Shown here: positions 57,401-64,000 of the stretch, piece by piece
How positions within the stretch are numbered: position 1 is the first letter of the stretch
Layout of the letters: each line of letters opens with the position of its first letter
Origin: Nemertoderma westbladi
Lineage: Eukaryota > Animalia > Xenacoelomorpha
Length of the DNA stretch: 64,000 nucleotides
Direction of reading: 5' to 3'
Assembly (NCBI GenBank): GCA_032718475.1
Contig: JAUCBJ010006528.1
Coordinates: 1 to 64,000, forward strand
The notes under the pieces: model-generated
What the model was told of the DNA's origin: nothing
Databases searched by the model: none
Seen by the model: only the letters and a program-made list of their open reading frames with translations
Position numbers and translations under genes: made by a program

Positions 57401-60400
57401 GGTCACCAGTTCGATCCAACCCGGAGGTCACCGGTTCGATCCCACCCGGAGGTCCCCACTTCGATCCCACCTGGACGTCACCACTTCGATCCCACCTGGA
57501 CGTCGCCACTTCGATCCCACCTGGAGGTCACCAGTTCGATCCCACCCGGAGGTCACCAGTTCGATCCAACCTGGACGTCACCACTTCGATCCCACCTGGA
57601 TGTCGCCACTTCGATCCCACCTGGAGGTCACCAGTTCGATCCCACCCGGAGGTCCCCACTTCGATCCCACCTGGACGTCACCACTTCGATCCCACCTGGA
57701 CGTCGCCACTTCGATCCCACCTGGAGGTCACCAGTTCGATCCCACCCGGAGGTCCCCACTTCGATCCCACCTGGACGTCGCCAGTTCGATCCCACGCGGA
57801 GGTCACCAGTTCGATCCCAACCCGGAGGTCACCAGTTCGATCCCACCTGGACGTCGCCAGTTCGATCCCACGCGGAGGTCACCACTTCGATCCCACCTGG
57901 ACGTCGCCACTTCGATCCCACCTGGAGGTCACCAGTTCGATCCCACCCGGAGGTCCCCACTTCGATCCCACCTGGACGTCGCCAGTTCGTTCCCACGCGG
58001 AGGTCACCAGTTCGATCCCAACCCGGAGGTCACCAGTTCGATCCCACCTGGACGTCACCAATTCGATCCCACCCGGAGGTCCCCACTTTGATCCCACCTG
58101 GACGTCACCACTTCGATCCCACCTGGACGTCGCCACTTCGATCCCACCTGGAGGTCACCAGTTCGATCCCACCCGGAGGTCCCCACTTCGATCCCACCTG
58201 GACGTCGACAGTTCGATCCCACGCGGAGGTCACCAGTTCGATCCCAACCCGGAGGTCACCAGTTCGATCCCACCTGGACGTCGCCAGTTCGATCCCACGC
58301 GGAGGTCACCACTTCGATCCCACCTGGACGTCACCACTTCGATCCCACCTGGACGTCGCCACTTCGATCCCACCTGGAGGTCACCAGTTCGATCCCACCC
58401 GGAGGTCCCCACTTCGATCCCACCCGGACGTCACCACTTCGATCCCACCTGGACGTCGCCAGTTCGATCCCTCGCGGAGGTCACCAATTCGATCCCAACC
58501 CGGAGGTCACCAGTTCGATCCCACCTGGACGTCGCCAGTTCGATCCCACGCGGAGGTCACCACTTCAATCCCACCTGGACGTCACCACTTCGATCCCACC
58601 TGGACGTCGCCACTTCGATCCCACCTGGACGTCACCAGTACGATCCAACCCGGAGGTCACCAGTTCGATCCCACCCGGAGGTCACCAGTTCGATCCCACC
58701 TGGACGTCACCACTTCGATCCCACCTGGACGTCACCACTTCGATCCCACCTGGACGTCACCAGTTCGATCCAACCTGGAGGTCACCAGTTCGATCCCACC
58801 CGGAGGTCCCCACTTCGATCCCACCTGGACGTCACCAGTTCGATCCCTCGTGGAGGTCACCAGTTCGATCCAACCCGGAGGTCACCAGTTCGGTCCCACC
58901 CGGAGGTCACCAGTTCGATCCCACCTGGACGTCACCACTTGGATCCCACCTGGACCTCACCACTTCGATCCCACCTGGACGTCGCCAGTTCGATCTCACG
59001 CGGAGGTCCCCACTTCGATCCCACCTGGACGTCACCACTTCGATCCCACCTGGACGTCGCCACTTCGATCCCACCTGGAGGTCACCAGTTCGATCCCACC
59101 CGGAGGTCCCCACTTCGATCCCACCTGGACGTCACCAGTTCGATCCCACGCGGAGGTCACCAGTTCGATCCAACCCGGAGGTCACCAGTTCGATCCCACC
59201 CGGAGGTCACCAGTTCGATCCCACCTGGACGTCACCACTTCGATCCCACCTGGACGTCACCACTTCGATCCCACCTGGACGTCGCCAGTTCGATCCCACG
59301 CGGAGGTCCCCACTTCGATCCCACCTGGACGTCACCAGTTCGATCCCACGCGGAGGTCACCAGTTCGATCCCACCTGGACGTCACCACTTCGAACCCACC
59401 TGGACGTCACCACTTCGATCCCACCTGGACGTCGCCAGTTCGATCCCACGCGGAGGTCCCCACTTCGATCCCACCTGGAGGTCACCACTTCGATCCCACC
59501 TGGACGTCACCAGTTCGATCCCACGCGGAGGTCACCAGTTCGATCCCACCTGGACGTCACCACTTCGATCCCACCTGGACGTCGCCACTTCGATCCCACC
59601 TGGAGGTCACCACTTCGATCCCACCTGGACGTCACCACTTCGATCCCACCTGGACGTCACCAGTTCGATCCCACGCGGAGGTCACCAGTTCGATCCCACC
59701 TGGACGTCGCCACTTCGATCCCACCTGGACGTCACCAGTTCGATCCCACGCGGAGGTCACCAGTTCGATCCCATCTGGACGTCACCACTTCGATCCCACC
59801 TGGACGCCGCCACTTCGATCCCACCTGGAGGTCACCAGTTCGATCCCACCCGGAGGTCCCCACTTCGATCCCACCTGGAAGTCAACAGTTCGATCCCACG
59901 CGGAGGTCACCACTTCGATCCCACCTGGACGTCACCACTTCGATCCCACCTGGACGTCACCAGTTCGATCCCACGCGGAGGTCACCACTTCGATCCCACC
60001 TGGACGTCACCACTTCGATCCCACCTGGACGTCGCCACTTCGATCCCACCTGGACTTCGCCACTTCGATCCCACCTGGAGGTCACCAGTTCGATCCCACC
60101 CGGAGGTCCCCACTTCGATCCCACCTGGACGTCACCAGTTCGATCCCACGCGGAGGTCACCACTTCGATCCCACCTGGACGTCACCACTTCGATCCCATC
60201 TGGACGTCGTCACTTCGATCCCACCTGGAGGTCACCAGTTCGATCCCACCCGGAGGTCCCCACTTCGATCCCACCTGGACGTCACCAGTTCGATCCCACG
60301 CGGAGGTCACCAGTTCGATCCCATCTGGACGTCACCACTTCGATCCCACCTGGACGCCGCCACTTCGATCCCACCTGGAGGTCACCAGTTCGATCCCACC

Positions 60401-61905
60401 CGGAGGTCCCCACTTCGATCCCACCTGGACGTCACCAGTTCGATCCCACGCGGAGGTCACCACTTCGATCCCACCTGGACGTCACCACTTCGTTCCCACC
60501 TGGACGTCACCAGTTCGATCCCACGCGGAGGTCACCACTTCGATCCCACCTGGACGTCACCAGTTCGATCCCGGATCCCAACCCGGAGGTCCCCAGTTCG
60601 ATCCTAACCCGGAGGTCCCCAGTTCGATCCCTCCTGGAGGTCACCAGTTCGATCCCGGATCCCAACCCGGAGGTCACCATTTCGATCCCACCCAGAGGTC
60701 CCCTGTTCGATCCAACCCGGAGGTCCCAGTTCGATCCCACCTGGACGTCATTGCCGACTTCCTCCAAACCGGAGGTCACCAGTTCGATCCAACCCGGAGG
60801 TCACCAGTTCGGTCCCACCTGGAGTTCACCAGTTCGATCCCACCTGGACGTCATTGCCGACTTCCTCCAACCCGGAGGTCACCAGTTCGATCCAACCCGG
60901 AGGTCACCACTTCGATCCCACCTGGACGACGCCAGTTCGATCCCACCCGGAGGTCCCCACTTCGATCCCACCTGGACGTCACCAGTTCGATCCCACCTGG
61001 ACGTCACCAGTTCGATCCCACCTGGACGTCACCAGTTCGATCCCACCTGGACGTCACCAGTTCGATCCCACCTGGACGTCACCAGTTCGATCCCACGTGG
61101 ACGTCATTGCCCACTTCCTCCAACCCGGAGGTCACCAGTTCGATCCAACCCTGAGGTCCCCAGTTCGATCCCACCTGGACGTCACCAGTTCGATCCCACC
61201 TGGACGTCACCAGTTCGATCCCACCCAGTGGTCACCAGTTCGGTCCCACCTGGACGTCATTGCCGACTTCCTCCAACTCGGAGGTCACCGGTTCGATCCC
61301 ACCTGGACGTCCCCAGTTCGATCCCACGTGGACGTCATTGCCCACTTCCTCCAACCCGGAGGTCACCAGTTCGTTCCAACCCGGAGGTCACCGGTTCGAT
61401 CCCACCTGGACGTCACCAGTTCGATCCCACGTGGACGTCATTGCCCACTTCCTCCAACCCGATTGTCACCAGTTCGATCCAACCCGGAGGTCACCGATTC
61501 GATCCAACTCGGAGGTCACCAGTTCGATCCCACCTGGACGTCACCAGTTCGATCCCACGTGGACGTCACTGCCCACTTCCTCCAACCCGATTGTCACCAG
61601 TTCGATCCAACCCGGAGGTCACCGGTTCGATCCCACCTGGACGTCACCAGTTCGATCCCACGTGGACGTCATTGCCCACTTCCTCCAACCCGATTGTCAC
61701 CAGTTCGATCCAACCCGGAGGTCACCAGTTCGTTCCAACCCGGAGGTCACCGGTTCGATCCCACCTGGACGTCACCAGTTCGATCCCACGTGGACGTCAT
61801 TGCCCACTTCCTCCAACCCGATTGTCACCAGTTCGATCCAACCCGGAGGTCACCGATTCGATCCAACTCGGAGGTCACCGGATCGATCCCACCTGGACGT
61901 CATTG
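54495..61905. repeat. 25-bp satellite GTTCGATCCCACC(T/C)GGA(C/G)GTCACCA, about 295 copies, containing a B-box-like motif
   Basis: Periodicity read directly; 25-aa period in the + ORFs; 28-bp variant units appear after about 60740. Confidence 0.97.
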
Positions 61906-61963
61906 CTACTGCACTAAAGTCAATATTTATACTTTAACGTAGACTTTATGCACATCTTCTATA

Positions 61964-62176
61964 GGTCTCAGGAATTCTTAGCTCGCGAGTATTCTTAGCC
62001 CGTGGGTATTCTTAGCCTTCAAAACTATAACGTTTATTGTTTCGGTTCCCCAAATACGCTTCTGAAACCTGCTCCTAGACTATCCTGGTCCTTTACTAAC
62101 TCGCGGGCTAAGAATACTCGCGGGCTAAGAATACTCGCGGGCTAAGAATACTCGCGGGCTAACAATTCACCCAACC
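61964..62176. mobile_element. 213-bp foldback-type MITE with 8-bp TSD CTTCTATA
   Basis: GG...CC ends; inverted arms made of a 17-bp unit (CTCGCGGGCTAAGAATA, about 4 copies on the right and 2.5 complementary copies on the left); CTTCTATA at 61956-61963 and 62177-62184. Confidence 0.8.
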
Positions 62177-62232
62177 CTTCTATATTGAGCTCGTTTTGAC
62201 GATATTATTATGTTCAGTTTATTGTCGTACAC

Positions 62233-62261
62233 AGAGAGATAGAGAGAGAGAGAGAGAGAGA
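62233..62261. repeat. (GA)n microsatellite
   Basis: Read directly, with one interruption. Confidence 0.9.
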
Positions 62262-62907
62262 CATCAGACAGTATAGAGCCAACTCAAATAAACTACAGAG
62301 TCAACTCACATAAACATGGCATATTAAGAATACAGCAGGTTTACAGGAATTCCAGGACTTAAAATTCCTTCGTGGTTGTAGTTATGGCGCCACACATGAC
62401 TTGAGATACAAACTCTTAATAAATTATTAATGGCTGGCTGTTATAAGGTTGAAGTTGGCCTATTTAGTGAAATAGTCTAACATCTCACTGTTTATCCGCT
62501 CTAGAGGAGAAAGAAGCCATCAATAAAACGGAAAATATTTATGTAAACAGTCGGTGCCCGACTGATTATAGCCCGGGATTGCGACAAATTAATTAGTAGG
62601 AGACAGAAAAAAAAACAGATCAGGGTTGTTCAATGTGATCGGTTATTGGATGGCATAAAGGCATAATTACTATTATGAACAGATAATTATTGATTTTAGT
62701 CAAGAATGTCCAAACTAGATTTTTAGATAAATGGCCTTTGCTTTTCACGGGATTTTGCGTTAAATGAATGAAGTTGGATGTGTGCTGTGCACTGGTCTCT
62801 TACTTTATGTATTAACGGGTTACAGAGGTCTATACAGTAGTTGCAAGGATAATGGCTCTTCGGTTTCGTATGATTCGGAAAGGGAAAGAAAAAATCAACG
62901 CAACAAA

Positions 62908-62975
62908 TTTATTTCCCACTGAGTTTATTTCCCACTGAGTTTATTTCCCACTGAGTTTATTTCCCACTGAGTTTA
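62908..62975. repeat. 16-bp tandem repeat TTTATTTCCCACTGAG x4
   Basis: Four identical copies. Confidence 0.95.
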
Positions 62976-63428
62976 CTCTGCTAAGGGTAAAATTATCATT
63001 CGTCAAATAAATTTTCATTCACCAAAAATAACAAAATCATTAAAATTCTAATTTGATTTTCACTAAAAATAATTGTGTTTCAACTATTTATAATTTTGTA
63101 ACAACAAACTATAATTATATTTCACTAAAAATCAATTAAAATTCAATCACTTTCCGCTAAAGTTATTTTCTTTCAATTGTATTTTTTTTACTAAAAAATT
63201 ATCACTTTTCATTTCGCGTTGCAGCGCATAAGCGGCCCATATGAAGTGGGGCGACTTAAGTTTTAAATACTGTAGTAACGCGCCATTGGTCATTAGATCC
63301 TGCTTTGTTAGATAATAATTATAATTGTATTATATTATTATTAACAATGGATTTCTAGCAAAAAATAAACTGTTACTGTCTAGTAGTAGTAGTAATTTAA
63401 TAATAATATTAAATATATATGATTAATA

Positions 63429-64000
63429 AGTAGTAGTAGTAGTGAACGGTTTACTGGCCCGTTCAGCCTTTAATTTTCGCCAAAATCATATTTTGCACAC
63501 TACAGTATAGCGTAATAGTAATGTATTACGATCGCAACAAACAGCAATATTAATATACTCAGTATATTTTTGCACAAACTAAGTAAATATAAAAGTAAAT
63601 AACACTTACTAATATTATTATTTCTAATTTATTAATTAATTATTCGAAAAAACTTTTAATACTGCTTCAATAAATTTACATAGTAGTACCGGTGCACTGT
63701 ACGTTTCTTTAAACAAGTCTATCAAACTATTACATTTTAGTCCGTATTCTATTCGTATATCATCCGTCAGGTGACAAAATAATAGTACGTGAGGCTCGTC
63801 TTGTACTAGGTTTGTGTTACAGCAGCAGATACGTTGCTCAGGAGGGATGCGACTCCAACGACCAGTTTCAACCTTAAGTCTGTGGGACATTAGACGCAAT
63901 TTAGTGAAATGTTTTCTGTTGTGGTCGGGGATCAGCGGATTTAAACAGGAGTAAATGGGGTGTGGTTCTACATCGCAACCAGTTGATAAAATTGGATTCA
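63429..64000 (-). mobile_element. 3' end of an RTEX-like non-LTR retrotransposon
   Basis: C-terminal CCHC-type ORF end, AT-rich 3' UTR, stem-loop TGAACGG..CCGTTCA (63443-63465) and an (ACT)n tail. Confidence 0.75.
63636..64000 (-). CDS. Partial ORF2 C-terminus (zinc-knuckle region) of a LINE; frame open to the window edge
   Basis: ...HPIY...IPDHNRKHFTKLRLMSHRLKVETGRWSRIPPEQRICCC....QDEPHVLLFC: the R.xSH.L.xE.GR / C-C-E-H-C pattern seen in RTEX-like elements. Confidence 0.75.
   Translation of the reverse strand, partial: NPILSTGCDVEPHPIYSCLNPLIPDHNRKHFTKLRLMSHRLKVETGRWSRIPPEQRICCCNTNLVQDEPHVLLFCHLTDDIRIEYGLKCNSLIDLFKETYSAPVLLCKFIEAVLKVFSNN

Noticed and set aside
54608-61942. Pro/Ser/Thr-rich mucin-like ORFs; tRNA gene cluster
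   Set aside because: The 25-bp unit is not a multiple of 3 and is open in all + frames; there is no cloverleaf, D-arm/A-box or fully paired T-stem.
62300-62400. Signal-peptide first exon ending at a GTGAGT donor near 62309
   Set aside because: No ATG-initiated hydrophobic frame; the phase-1 join would create a TGA stop.
62764-62925. + strand signal-peptide-like ORF (MNEVGCVLCTGLLLYVLTG...)
   Set aside because: Short, opposite to the Ig gene, ends in a tandem repeat, and has no supporting exons.

Overview
Eukaryotic (probably invertebrate animal) genomic DNA, about 87% tandem repeat; there are no prokaryotic-style genes and no CRISPR array. Nearly all long ORFs in the track are artefacts of stop-free repeat units. 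Between the arrays are three phase-compatible minus-strand exons (10310-10161, 6743-6606, 5831-5647). Spliced, they give a complete Ig domain plus the start of a second, resembling D1-D2 of PDGFR/VEGFR (PVR) receptors. Five tandem arrays sit around them: 17 bp, (TGTAAC)n, 27/28 bp, a ~43-kb 47-bp array with constant/variable cassettes, and a 25-bp array built on a tRNA B-box-like motif. Mobile elements: an RTE-like LINE whose open ORF joins the endonuclease to the C-terminal domain with no RT, a 595-bp solo LTR with a 5-bp TSD inside the first satellite unit, a 213-bp foldback MITE with an 8-bp TSD, and the 3' end of an RTEX-like LINE. All family assignments come from motif recognition by eye, not database searches.
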